Shown one piece after another: positions 41,122-50,871 of a DNA stretch of 64,000 nucleotides. Each line of letters starts with the position of its first letter. The stretch's first letter is position 1. The translations under genes were made by a program, and so were the position numbers. The DNA comes from an uncultured Gammaproteobacteria bacterium (lineage in GTDB: Bacteria; Pseudomonadota; Gammaproteobacteria; JASBUN01): contig CAWKIK010000003.1 of assembly GCA_963849825.1 (NCBI GenBank), positions 592,813-656,812 on the forward strand, written 5' to 3'. The notes beneath the pieces are model-generated. The model had not been told where the DNA came from, did no database searches, and was given only the letters and a program-made list of their open reading frames with translations.

Positions 41122-42243
41122 TCAATCCCCACGCTCGTTCCGATGCGGAATCGTCAACCGCGACACCGTGTAGCGACTAACGTCTTCTTCCGGTTCGTCG
41201 CCGGCCGCCGGGGTCAAGGGCAGCGCAAGGTTGGTGACCAACATCTTATTGCCCGCGATCGCAAGGCTTGCAGGAAACAACAGTCCCCGCGGCGCGCCAT
41301 CGGGAGCGACACCTTCGAAGGCCCCGAGCTTCACCACCACCCGGCCGCCATCGTTGAGAGCGACCACTTCATCACCCTGGTTCGCCGCGACCCACACCAG
41401 CCCCTTCGAGTCAACGGTCAGGCCATCGGCGCCATTGACACTCTCGGCAAAAACGCTGACATCGTTGCTGGTATCCAGATTGGTGAGCTTCAGCACCCGG
41501 TCATCGCCGGTGTTGGCGATATACAGCGCGCGCTCATCGGCATTGAACGCCATACCATTGGCCCCGAATGGCGGAAAGCCGGTAGTGGCCAGCATCCCGC
41601 TCTGCACCACCGGCTCCGCGACACAGGCACCGCTGCAAGCAGTTGGGTTCACAACACTGAAGATCGCGCCCTGGAACGAGTCCGAGATCAGCAGCCGGCC
41701 ATTCGATGTAAAAGCGAGCGCGTTGGGAACAGATGCATTATCGCCAAAAGTGATCACATCCTGGCTGCCGTCGGGGTTGGCCACAGTGCGATTCGGCGGC
41801 GCACCAATATTGGGAATGGTCGCCACGTCCTGCAGCGCCGCGCCATTAACGAAGTCGGCGGGAATGCGTCGTACGCTAGACGGCAGCCCCTGAAAGTTTC
41901 CGACGCTGGCCACGTACACGTGGCCGTCGGCCGGGTTGAACGCCAATCCCAACAGCGGAACGTTGCTGGAGAAATCCGACACCGCGAGCAAGCGTCCGTT
42001 ACGGTCGAACCGCACAATGCCGTTGGTTTCGCTGCCACTGCCGTTGAACTCGAAGGTGCTGACGAACACGTCGCCATTCGCAGGGTTCACTGCGATTCCC
42101 TCGGGGAAGTTAGCCACCTCGGGCAGCGTGGCGAAGCGCTGAGCGGCATGGCGTTTTACGATCAAATCCGGCGCCGCACTCGCACCTTGCGCGGCCAGTA
42201 GGGCGCAGGTGAATAACAAACTCGATTTGGTCATTTTTCTCAT
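41122..42243 (-). CDS. secreted beta-propeller protein (SMP-30/gluconolactonase/NHL-like)
   Basis: Signal peptide. Repeated ...DG.VYVA.....V.R..... blades. Confidence 0.45.
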   Translation of the reverse strand: MRKMTKSSLLFTCALLAAQGASAAPDLIVKRHAAQRFATLPEVANFPEGIAVNPANGDVFVSTFEFNGSGSETNGIVRFDRNGRLLAVSDFSSNVPLLGLAFNPADGHVYVASVGNFQGLPSSVRRIPADFVNGAALQDVATIPNIGAPPNRTVANPDGSQDVITFGDNASVPNALAFTSNGRLLISDSFQGAIFSVVNPTACSGACVAEPVVQSGMLATTGFPPFGANGMAFNADERALYIANTGDDRVLKLTNLDTSNDVSVFAESVNGADGLTVDSKGLVWVAANQGDEVVALNDGGRVVVKLGAFEGVAPDGAPRGLLFPASLAIAGNKMLVTNLALPLTPAAGDEPEEDVSRYTVSRLTIPHRNERGD

Positions 42244-42528
42244 TGTGCACCCTCCTTATATTTAGGTCTCAACGAGTTCCGTCGCGGATCGAGTCGGCCC
42301 CACGCCCCTCGATGCTGCGCGGCGAACCATAACGGACCGGCGCCGCGTTGAGGCGCCACGTTGCGGGAATGGTTGCCGGCGGCGATGGCAAAACGATCTC
42401 GGATGACGTCGACGGCCAGCACACGCGCCGCGAATCACAAAGAAAAGCACAGGAGCAAGATGCGAGCCACGGCAGCCTCCATTTCGATGCACGACGTCGG
42501 CACCATTGTGGCCATCGGTCGACCTGGT

Positions 42529-43188
42529 TCATCGACCGGCGCCCGCATCCGCAAGTTCCCGCCAATCCTGCGCCGACAGCACGCCGACCACCTCGAACGT
42601 GCCGTTTCCGCTAGGGCGCACCACCGCCGACCCGCCCTCCGGCGGGCGGACATTCGCGACCATCATCAACACGTTGCCGTGGCCCACCAACACCACATTG
42701 GCGCCGGCGGGCGGTGACATCGATAGTCGTTGGCGGGCCGTCGCCGCCAACGCCTCGCGGCCACCTACATATTCCGCCGCGCGCGTATTGAGCACATCCC
42801 TCGTCGTTTGAACAGGCCCGACGTTCAGCAGCTTCGCCGTTTCGGTTGTACGGCAATACTCACTGGCAAAAACCGCACTCACCGGAATCTCCAACCGCCG
42901 CATCGCCGCACCTACTGCTTTGGCGGTCGCCCGACCCTCATCGGAAAGCTGGCGCATCTGGTTGCGATCGCAACTACGGATAGCCTCCTCCGAGTCCAAT
43001 TGATCCGAATCCAGCCAATCGGTCGGTGCGTGGCGGAAATACAGGATATAACCGCCGCCGCGCACAGCCGCCGCCAACCCATCGCGGTCCGCCGCGCCCG
43101 CTGGGGTCGAAAGCAACGCAAATGCGCACATCGCCGCCAACAAAGCGACCCAGGTACGACGCAAACGAACCGATTTGGAAACGAACAT
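42529..43188 (-). CDS. secreted histidine-phosphatase-family protein
   Basis: Start at the internal ATG at 43188. The track's longer N-terminus translates a REP element. YFRHAPT catalytic motif. Confidence 0.55.
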   Translation of the reverse strand: MFVSKSVRLRRTWVALLAAMCAFALLSTPAGAADRDGLAAAVRGGGYILYFRHAPTDWLDSDQLDSEEAIRSCDRNQMRQLSDEGRATAKAVGAAMRRLEIPVSAVFASEYCRTTETAKLLNVGPVQTTRDVLNTRAAEYVGGREALAATARQRLSMSPPAGANVVLVGHGNVLMMVANVRPPEGGSAVVRPSGNGTFEVVGVLSAQDWRELADAGAGR

Positions 43189-43288
43189 TGGATACCATCG
43201 CCGATATGGTGAATAACGAATTCTAGACCCATTGCAAGCCAACGTCGCCCCGTCAATTCGTAAATGAAATAACACAGGTCGACTTACC

Positions 43289-43401
43289 GTAGGTCGGGTT
43301 GGCGAAGCGTAACCCGACAAACACTCGCCGTATATGCACGCCCGAAACGCTACCCCTCCTCTGGATTTATCCTAGGTCGGGTTAGCGAAGCGTAACCCGA
43401 C
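43289..43401. repeat. two REP-like palindromes (GTAGGTCGGGTT[A/G]GCGAAGCGTAACCCGAC)
   Basis: Direct reading at 43289-43318 and 43373-43401. Confidence 0.7.
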
Positions 43402-43540
43402 AAACACTCGGCACAAACTCACGGCCGAAACGCATCCCCCATGGCCGATTCTTCAATGCACTCGACGGAGTGCGGTTCCATTGTTCGACAATCGCGTTAA
43501 CATGGCGTTTCACGCTTCACCACGGACTCACAATAGAATC

Positions 43541-44110
43541 ATGAGAAAATACGCTCTATTCGCCCTTGCGTTCATGTTTGTCATCGCAACAGCAAATGCG
43601 GCCGAGATTGCCGGCATCGATGTGCCGGAGCAACTCGCGACCGCACGCGGTGATACCTTACGGCTGAACGGCGCGGGCGTACGCAGCAAGTTCTTCATAA
43701 AAGTATACGTAGGCGCGTTATACCTACCCACTCCGACACACAGCGCCGCGACAATATTGCAGCACGACGGCCCGGCGGTCATGCAATTGCACATAGTCCA
43801 CAGCGAAATCTCAGAGGAGAAGCTTGTTAAAGCCTGGACAGAAGGTTTCGAAGACAACTTGAACGGCCGCGAACGCTCAGCACTCGCCGCGCGCGTTCAC
43901 AAGTTTAATAGCCTGTTCAGAACCGTGCGTAAAGGCGAGACCATAACCCTAGACTATCAGCCAGGCAGCGGCACGATCGTGCGGATCAACAACGAAAAAC
44001 GCGGCGTGATCGAAGGCGCAGACTTCGCGCGCGGTTGGTTGAAGATCTGGCTCGGCGAAGATCCGGCGGATGAGGGCTTGAAGCAACGTTTGCTGGGCGG
44101 TCCCGGGTAA
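43541..44110 (+). CDS. secreted chalcone-isomerase-like family protein
   Basis: Signal peptide. KFFIKVYVGALYL pattern typical of bacterial CHI-like proteins. Confidence 0.55.
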   Translation: MRKYALFALAFMFVIATANAAEIAGIDVPEQLATARGDTLRLNGAGVRSKFFIKVYVGALYLPTPTHSAATILQHDGPAVMQLHIVHSEISEEKLVKAWTEGFEDNLNGRERSALAARVHKFNSLFRTVRKGETITLDYQPGSGTIVRINNEKRGVIEGADFARGWLKIWLGEDPADEGLKQRLLGGPG

Positions 44111-44193
44111 TCGGGCAATCAATTGCAGCCCCGGCGTCGATTGGCTGAGTGCAGCCAAACCAGAGAAATTCGTTTTGTTTAGAGATGGAGTTG

Positions 44194-44796
44194 TCGGGTT
44201 ACGCTTCGCTAACCCGACCTACGTCTTATTGGCAGGCAATTTTAGCATTTCGAGGGGGACGTTCGCGTTTGGCCGCAACGACTCACTTGCAACGCCCGAT
44301 CGCGTTGTGCCCCGGGGTACTGAGACATCGGCGGATACGCTGGTTCGCAGATGGAATTGTCGGGTTACGCTGCGCTAACCCGACCTACATCGATGTGCTC
44401 GGATAGCGCATCCCTTCAATTACTTGTCACCAACCCAGTGGTTGGCCGCATAACCCTGTAGGTCGGTTTACCCTAGGTCGGGTTAGCAATGCGTAACCCG
44501 CCAAACGATCGCCGAACACGCACGCCCGAAACGCAGCCCCCTCCCCTGGATTTAACGTAGGTCGGGTTAGCACAGCGTAACCCGACACCCGACCGTCACC
44601 TATGCCCGAAATCCGGGTCGCAATGATTCGCGTCGGTCACCTACCTCTTCCTTGGCCGCATAACCCTGTAGGTCGGTTTACTGTAGGTCGGGTTAGCGGA
44701 GCGTAACCCGACAAACAATCGCCGAACATGCACGCCCCAAACGCAACTCCTTCTCCTGGAGCTATCGTAGGTCGGGTTAGCGCAGCGTAACTCGAC
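44194..44796. repeat. cluster of at least 6 REP elements, including a ~211-bp higher-order unit duplicated in tandem (about 44440-44650 and 44651-44860)
   Basis: The REP palindrome occurs in both orientations. CTTGGCCGCATAACCCTGTAGGTCGGTTTAC recurs 211 bp apart. Confidence 0.8.
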
Positions 44797-44854
44797 ACCC
44801 GACCGTCACCTATGCCCGATTTCCGGGTCGCAAGAATCCGCCTTGGTCACCCAC

Positions 44855-45637
44855 CTATTTTTTTTGGCCGCATAGGCTCAAGGCATCGGCTTCGATGTGC
44901 AGGTACGCCCGCGCCAACCTATCGGCCCACTCGTCGGCCAAGCGCTGGGTGCCTATCACGTCCTGACGCAACTCGATCATGACACTGGGCAGATCGCGAC
45001 CCTCAGCGTGCACGGGTACGGTGTAATCGATGTGCGCTTCGATGGCATACGGTTCGTTGTCCCCCACCACCACGCCGAGTTCCTCGGCAAGGGCGCTTTT
45101 CAGCAACACGGCCAGGCGATCATCGCGCCAATGGGAGACGCCCACGTGCCAGGGCCGCTGTTGGCCGTCCAGCACCGGCGTGAAGCTGTGAATGCTGAGC
45201 AGCAGCGTCGGGCGCTGCGCCCTTTGATCCAGCAAATGATCGACGGCGTCATGATAAGGCTGAAACACGCTCCGCAGCCGTGCCGCCCGTTGCGCCGGCG
45301 ACAGGTCGCAATTACCCGGCACGACGATGCCGTTACTCTGTTCGGCGATGGACTGGGGACTGGCGGGCGGGCGATTGCAGTCGATCACCAGGCGTGAATA
45401 CGCGCTGAGCACCAACGGCGCATTCAACGATTGCGCAAGTCGGCGCGCGACATCGGCGGCGCCAGGGTCCCAGCCGATGTGGGCCTCGAGCTGCGCCGGC
45501 TCCAGGCCCAGCTGGGCGAGCCGCCGGGGTACGCGGTTGGCAGCATGGTCGCACACCAGCACCGCGGCGGCGGCGCCAGCGGCGTTGATCACTTCCACGG
45601 GAGTCGGCTCGTCGGCTTCCAGCAACGACTCGTTCAT
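44855..45637 (-). CDS. N-formylglutamate amidohydrolase family protein
   Basis: FGase family pattern (VCDHAANRVP...IDCNR...LLSIHSFTP...). Confidence 0.7.
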   Translation of the reverse strand: MNESLLEADEPTPVEVINAAGAAAAVLVCDHAANRVPRRLAQLGLEPAQLEAHIGWDPGAADVARRLAQSLNAPLVLSAYSRLVIDCNRPPASPQSIAEQSNGIVVPGNCDLSPAQRAARLRSVFQPYHDAVDHLLDQRAQRPTLLLSIHSFTPVLDGQQRPWHVGVSHWRDDRLAVLLKSALAEELGVVVGDNEPYAIEAHIDYTVPVHAEGRDLPSVMIELRQDVIGTQRLADEWADRLARAYLHIEADALSLCGQKK

Positions 45638-45679
45638 GACAATGTATCCATTATCCGGCGACGCATCCCGGCCCGGTCG

Positions 45680-46492
45680 TCAGCCCGTTTGCAGTTCGTC
45701 GGTCCACACCCGAAAGCCCGTGAGCAGGTTCGGCCCGAAAGTACTGGTGAGCGCCACGTCAGCGGCATCGCGACCCTGAGCGATCAGCACCCGGCCGATG
45801 CGCGGCTGGTTGTTACGCGCATCGAAGGTATGCCACTGACCGTCGAGATAAACCTCGAACCAAGCGGAAAAGTCCATGGGGTCGGGCGACGCCGGCACGC
45901 CGATGTCGCCCAGGTAGCCGGTGCAATACCGGGCCGGAATGTTCATGCAGCGACAAAGGGCGACGGCCAAGTGCGTGAAATCCCGGCACACGCCGGTACG
46001 CTCGTTGTAGGTCTCCAGCGCAGTGCGGGTGGCGCACGCATGCTGATAGCCGAAGCTCACGTGGTCGTGCACGAAATCACAAATGGCCTGCACCCGCGGC
46101 CAACCTTCCGGCGTCTGGTCGAACAACGACCAGGCCGTCTCCGACAAACGGTCCGTCTCGCAATAGCGACTGCCCAGCAGATAAACCAACGTTTCCGAAG
46201 GCAGGTCCTGCACTGCATGCTGGCGCGCGGAAGGGATCACGGCATCCGGCTGACCGCTGTCGTTGATCACCGCATCGGTCATGATGCGCAGATCCCCGGG
46301 CGGCGCCACGATGCGATTACACCAATTACCGAACCCGTCGCGGTAGGCGCACATCGGCACCGCCGGATCGGTAATGATATTGTCGGCCGAAACCAAATCC
46401 GAGACGCGGCTGTAGTGCACATTCAACGTCAGGATCATAGGCGTGGGCTGCGGGCATTGATAAATCAACTCGTAGCCAATCCGGATCTGCAT
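45680..46492 (-). CDS. transglutaminase-like cysteine-protease superfamily protein
   Basis: GVCRDFTHLAVALCRCMNIPARYCTGY Cys-His-Asp core. Start at ATG 46492. Confidence 0.75.
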   Translation of the reverse strand: MQIRIGYELIYQCPQPTPMILTLNVHYSRVSDLVSADNIITDPAVPMCAYRDGFGNWCNRIVAPPGDLRIMTDAVINDSGQPDAVIPSARQHAVQDLPSETLVYLLGSRYCETDRLSETAWSLFDQTPEGWPRVQAICDFVHDHVSFGYQHACATRTALETYNERTGVCRDFTHLAVALCRCMNIPARYCTGYLGDIGVPASPDPMDFSAWFEVYLDGQWHTFDARNNQPRIGRVLIAQGRDAADVALTSTFGPNLLTGFRVWTDELQTG

Positions 46493-46614
46493 CCTGCACT
46501 CCTGGTAAAAAGATGGGCTGAAAATCGCTTGCGGGGCCATTACAACATGTGCCGCGCGTCGCGCATATCGCTATCACCGGTGCGGGCAATAGCCCCAATG
46601 CGCTTCAGGATGAC

Positions 46615-47646
46615 TTTGTAGGTCGGGTTAGCGCAGCGTAATCCGACAATGTTCGTCGCTCGGATTACACATCTATGTCGGATGACAGGTCGGATTAGGG
46701 TAGATCGGATTAGTGTAGCCGACGACAATCGTCCCCATCGTCGGATTCGCCCTTCGGGCTTAATTCGAGCTACAAATGCGTTGCCCTCGTCGTTACGTAG
46801 GTCGGGTTAGCGAAGCGTAACCCGACAGCCCCAGGTTACGTAGACCCGCTGACCACGACGTCACCGACGCCATCCCATACATCTGATCATCGTAGGTCTG
46901 GTTAGCGCAGCGTGACCCGACAATGTTCGTCTCTCGGATTACACATCTATGCCGGATCGCAGGTCGGATTAGGGTAGCTCGGATTAGCGTACCGACGACA
47001 AGCGTCCCCATCGTCGGATTCGCCCTCCGGGCTTAATCCGACCTACAAAGGCGTTGCCCTCGTCGTTACGTAGGTCGGGTTAGCGAAGCGTAACCCGACA
47101 CCCCAGGTTACGTAGACCCGCTGACCACGACGTCACCGACGCCATCCCGTACATCTGATCATCGTAGGTCTGGTTAGCGCAGCGTGACCCGACAATGTTC
47201 GTCGCTCGGATTACACATCTATGCCGGATCACAGGTCGGATTAGGGTAGCTCGGATTAGTGTACCGACGACAATCGTCCCCATCGTCGGATTCGCCCTTC
47301 GGGCTTAATTCGAGCTACAAATGCGTTGCCCTCGTCGTTACGTAGGTCGGGTTAGCGAAGCGTAACCCGACAGCCCCAGGTTACGTAGACCCGCTGACCA
47401 CGACGTCACCGACGCCATCCCATACATCTGATCATCGTAGGTCTGGTTAGCGCAGCGTGACCCGACAATGTTCGTCGCTCGGATTACACATCTATGCCGG
47501 ATCACAGGTCGGATTAGGGTAGCTCGGATTAGTGTAGCCGACGACAATCGTCCCCATCGTCGGATTCGCCCTTCAGGCTTAATTCGAGCTACAAATGCGT
47601 TGCCCTCGTCGTTACGTAGGTCGGGTTAGCGAAGCGTAACCCGACA
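46615..47646. repeat. higher-order tandem array: ~273-bp unit x ~3.8, each unit built from several REP-like palindromes
   Basis: The ACAATGTTCG anchor recurs at 46646, 46920, 47192 and 47465. Confidence 0.85.
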
Positions 47647-47723
47647 GCCACCCCGGCGATCGCCATCACCCACTCAAGCTACCTACGCAAAAAAACTCGG
47701 AATATCCAGGCGCGCGCGCCATA

Positions 47724-49091
47724 ATGAGACACATGTCATCGTTATCGATCCGCATTCGCATGGCTTTCCTTATCCTTGCTTTGTGCAGTTGGTGCCCGCC
47801 ACCAGCCTGGGCCCAGGATACGCCGGCCGCTGACAAGACCCTCAGCGTCAATATCAGCGACGCCGCCGACCACCGTATCCAGCAGGCTATCCAACGACGT
47901 TTGCAGCAGAACAAAAATCTGCTCGATGTCCAGGTATCGGTGGACGCGGGCGTGGTAACGCTAAAAGGCAGCGCACTCACATCCGAGGCAATCAACGAAG
48001 CGATCGCGCTGGCGCAACGCACGGAAGGCGTCGCCGCCGTCAATTCCGAACTCACCGAGAACTGGCAGGTACGGCAACGGGTGCGCCCGACACTTCAAGA
48101 CGGCTGGACCCGACTACGGAGTTTTGTCTCGCTGATCCCGCTGTTTCTGGTTGCCGTCGGCATCGTCGTGGTGTTCGGATTCCTGGCGCGACTCCTCGCC
48201 AATTGGGACCCCTTGTACAACCACCTGGCGCGCAATCGTTTCGTGCGCGATCAACTGCGCCAAGCGGTGCGCATCATTGTCTTCGTGATCGGGGTACTGA
48301 TCGCGCTGGAGCTGCTGGACGCCACCGCATTGGTAGGCGCCCTCCTGGGCACAGCCGGCGTGGTGGGTATCGCCCTTGGCTTTGCGTTTCGCGATCTGGT
48401 GGAGAACCACATTGCCAGCATCCTCCTCAGCCTGCGCCAACCATTCGCGCCCGGCGATCAAGTGGTCATCGGCGACCATGAAGGCAAAGTGATCCGCCTC
48501 ACCTCGCGCGCCACCATCTTGATGACCTTGGACGGCAACCACCTGCGAATTCCCAATGCCGACGTGTACAAAGGCGTCATCCTCAATTACACCCGCAACC
48601 CACAACGTCGGTTTTCGTTCGGCGTCGGCGTGGGCGTCAACGAAGATTTGCAACGTGCGCAGCAGTTGGGGGTTGCCGTATTGCAATACATGCAAGGTGT
48701 ACAGAACGAACCACCACCCATGGCCCTGATCGAGGAACTCGGTGACTCGAATGTGTTGATCCGCTTCTTCGGCTGGGTAGATCAAACCCAGAACAATTTC
48801 ATCAAAGTCAAAAGCGAAGCGATTCGGCAGGTCAAGAAAGCGCTGGACGACGCCGGCATCGACATGCCGGAACCCATCTATCGCGTGCAGTTGAGCGATC
48901 GGCGCGGAGGCGACGCGACCGTCGCTGCGAAGCCAACGCCGGAAACTCCGGAAGTCCGCGCCAAACAATCCCTGCAGGACACCCCCGCGGGAGACTTGTC
49001 TGCCGGCGATTCCGTCGACACCCAGATCGCACGTGAACGGGCCGACACGCAAGACGTGGACCTGCTCGATCCCACCGCGCCGAAAGAATGA
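47724..49091 (+). CDS. mechanosensitive ion channel (MscS family) with periplasmic BON-like N-terminal domain
   Basis: Signal/TM region, then a BON-like segment. MscS TM3 and beta-domain (GDQVVIGDHEGKVIRLTSRATIL). Confidence 0.8.
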   Translation: MRHMSSLSIRIRMAFLILALCSWCPPPAWAQDTPAADKTLSVNISDAADHRIQQAIQRRLQQNKNLLDVQVSVDAGVVTLKGSALTSEAINEAIALAQRTEGVAAVNSELTENWQVRQRVRPTLQDGWTRLRSFVSLIPLFLVAVGIVVVFGFLARLLANWDPLYNHLARNRFVRDQLRQAVRIIVFVIGVLIALELLDATALVGALLGTAGVVGIALGFAFRDLVENHIASILLSLRQPFAPGDQVVIGDHEGKVIRLTSRATILMTLDGNHLRIPNADVYKGVILNYTRNPQRRFSFGVGVGVNEDLQRAQQLGVAVLQYMQGVQNEPPPMALIEELGDSNVLIRFFGWVDQTQNNFIKVKSEAIRQVKKALDDAGIDMPEPIYRVQLSDRRGGDATVAAKPTPETPEVRAKQSLQDTPAGDLSAGDSVDTQIARERADTQDVDLLDPTAPKE

Positions 49092-49106
49092 GTGCGCATC
49101 GCTCAC

Positions 49107-49136
49107 GTAGGTCGGGTTAGCGAAGCGTAACCCGAC
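49107..49136. repeat. single REP element downstream of the MscS gene
   Basis: GTAGGTCGGGTTAGCGAAGCGTAACCCGAC. Confidence 0.7.
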
Positions 49137-49695
49137 AACACGCTGACAAACGTGGGCGTAAACCGTGGTCCGTCCCTGATGATCCGCCACTCTACGGGTC
49201 ATACGGCGGGCTCCGCGCCGAGCAACCAGTGACTTCGAGCGGCCGTCGCCTGCGCAATCGCAAAACCGTTGTACCGCGCGAAAACCGTCAGGTCAGCCCG
49301 AACCGTCGCCATATCGATCATCTACGGCTGGGCGGGCTTCGCCCGCCGCACAGCCAATTTTTCCAAGCAACCGTCGCGGGCGTGACCGCCGGCGCTTGTG
49401 CCGCAGCCCAATAGGCGCACGCAGGCTGGACGATCGGGCAGTGGATCGCAACGCCTGCGGCTGCGTGGGCGCAAGCAAATGCCGCGTGGCGCAGTGGTCG
49501 GACCGGCAAACCGCTATAGTCGGCGTTTGAACACCCCGATCGGGGCCGCGCGCTGACGAGCCGAGCAGGATACCTCACGGTGCGCAGGGCCGACCGGCGC
49601 GTCAGCGGGTTATCGAAACCGAAGGGAATAATTTCGCGCAAACCGCGCACTACTTAACAACAGCGCGAATCGACGTGCGGCGTAAAGGGTCGGTC

Positions 49696-50247
49696 ATGCC
49701 ATTCATTGGGAAGCGGAAACGGCTGGAAGCCATGATCGACCGGCATCACGCGACGCTCTATCGCCACGCCCTGTGGCTGATCGGCGACCCGGACGCGGCA
49801 GCCGACCTTATCCAGGACACCTACTACGAGGCATGGAAAAGCTTGTGCCGGTGCCGGCCGCCGCGCCATGAAATGGCATGGCTGCTGGCCATATTGCGCC
49901 GCCAGGCCGGTAAGGCCTATCGGCTGCGCGTTACATGCCCGGAATGCAGCGATGCCTGTTTGGAGGGCGTGGTGCTCGCGCCGGATGCGGATCTCGACGC
50001 CGTGCTCGACCTCATGCGCGCCCTGCAGTCGCTGCCATTGGCCCAGCGCGACCTGCTGCTGCACTATGCGCTGCACGGCCTTTCCTACGAGGAGTTGGCG
50101 GTGCAACTGGAAGTGCCGCTGGGCACAGTCATGAGCCGTATGGCGCGGGCCCGGCGGGCGCTGCAGAAGATCATGGGACACGGGGAGACCGACGACCGAA
50201 AGGTGATCGCGTTGTTCGGTCCGGAAACCCGCCAAAAGCGAGCCTGA
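49696..50247 (+). CDS. ECF-type RNA polymerase sigma factor
   Basis: Region 2 and 4 patterns (LYRHALWLIGDPDAAADLIQDTY, LSYEELAVQLEVPLGTVMSRMARAR). Start at 49696 after AAGGG. Confidence 0.75.
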   Translation: MPFIGKRKRLEAMIDRHHATLYRHALWLIGDPDAAADLIQDTYYEAWKSLCRCRPPRHEMAWLLAILRRQAGKAYRLRVTCPECSDACLEGVVLAPDADLDAVLDLMRALQSLPLAQRDLLLHYALHGLSYEELAVQLEVPLGTVMSRMARARRALQKIMGHGETDDRKVIALFGPETRQKRA

Positions 50248-50250
50248 GCC

Positions 50251-50871
50251 ATGCACGAGAAACCGGACGTCCAACTTCGCCGCACGTTGCAGACCCCGCA
50301 ACCGCCCTCGAGCTTGCGGCGGCAGCTGCACGCCAACCTGCGTCTGCAGCGGGACGCCGAGCGGCGCACGCACTGCCGCGGCGGCGCCATGGCCGCCGTC
50401 GCGGCGCTGTTGCTGATGCTCACGGTGTTCGCAGGGTCGCGCTGGCCGTCGGCCGGCGCGGAGCTGTCTGCGGTCATCGCCGCGGCCCGTCAGCACGCGC
50501 AGGACGAAGCTGCGATGCGGGAAGTCGATCCGGCAGCGCTGTCGTCGTGGCTGCAATCACTTGACGCCGGTGCCACGGCGTCACCGCGTCTGGTGCTGTT
50601 CAAAACCTGTGTGGTCGACGGCGTCGCCGTCAAGCACCTGCGCGTGCGCCTGGACAGTGGCGGTACGGCCGACTTCATGGTCGACGCCTCTGGCCAGTGG
50701 CGCGCCTTGCCGGCGTCCCGCGCAAAGCGCGGCTGGCTGGTCGCCCATCCGCGCGCAAACGTATCGATGGTCGCTGTATTCACGCCGAACCAGGAAATGG
50801 GTGCCATCCGCGCCATGGAGGCCATGTTTCCGGGTTGGCACTCATCCAGTGAGACCCAGCAGGAGGTTTGA
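50251..50871 (+). CDS. putative anti-sigma factor (single TM)
   Basis: Lies 4 bp after the sigma-factor stop. One TM helix. ATGA overlap with the next gene. Confidence 0.45.
   Translation: MHEKPDVQLRRTLQTPQPPSSLRRQLHANLRLQRDAERRTHCRGGAMAAVAALLLMLTVFAGSRWPSAGAELSAVIAAARQHAQDEAAMREVDPAALSSWLQSLDAGATASPRLVLFKTCVVDGVAVKHLRVRLDSGGTADFMVDASGQWRALPASRAKRGWLVAHPRANVSMVAVFTPNQEMGAIRAMEAMFPGWHSSSETQQEV

Noticed and set aside
42529-43320. The longer N-terminus of the histidine-phosphatase ORF (MSGYASPTRPT...)
   Set aside because: The extension translates REP elements at 43289-43318. The real start is the ATG at 43188, giving a signal peptide.
46540-47547. Four small minus-strand track ORFs with near-identical sequences (...IRHRCVIRATNIVGSRCANQTYDDQMYGMASVTSW...)
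   Set aside because: They are artefacts of translating the 273-bp REP-derived tandem repeat.
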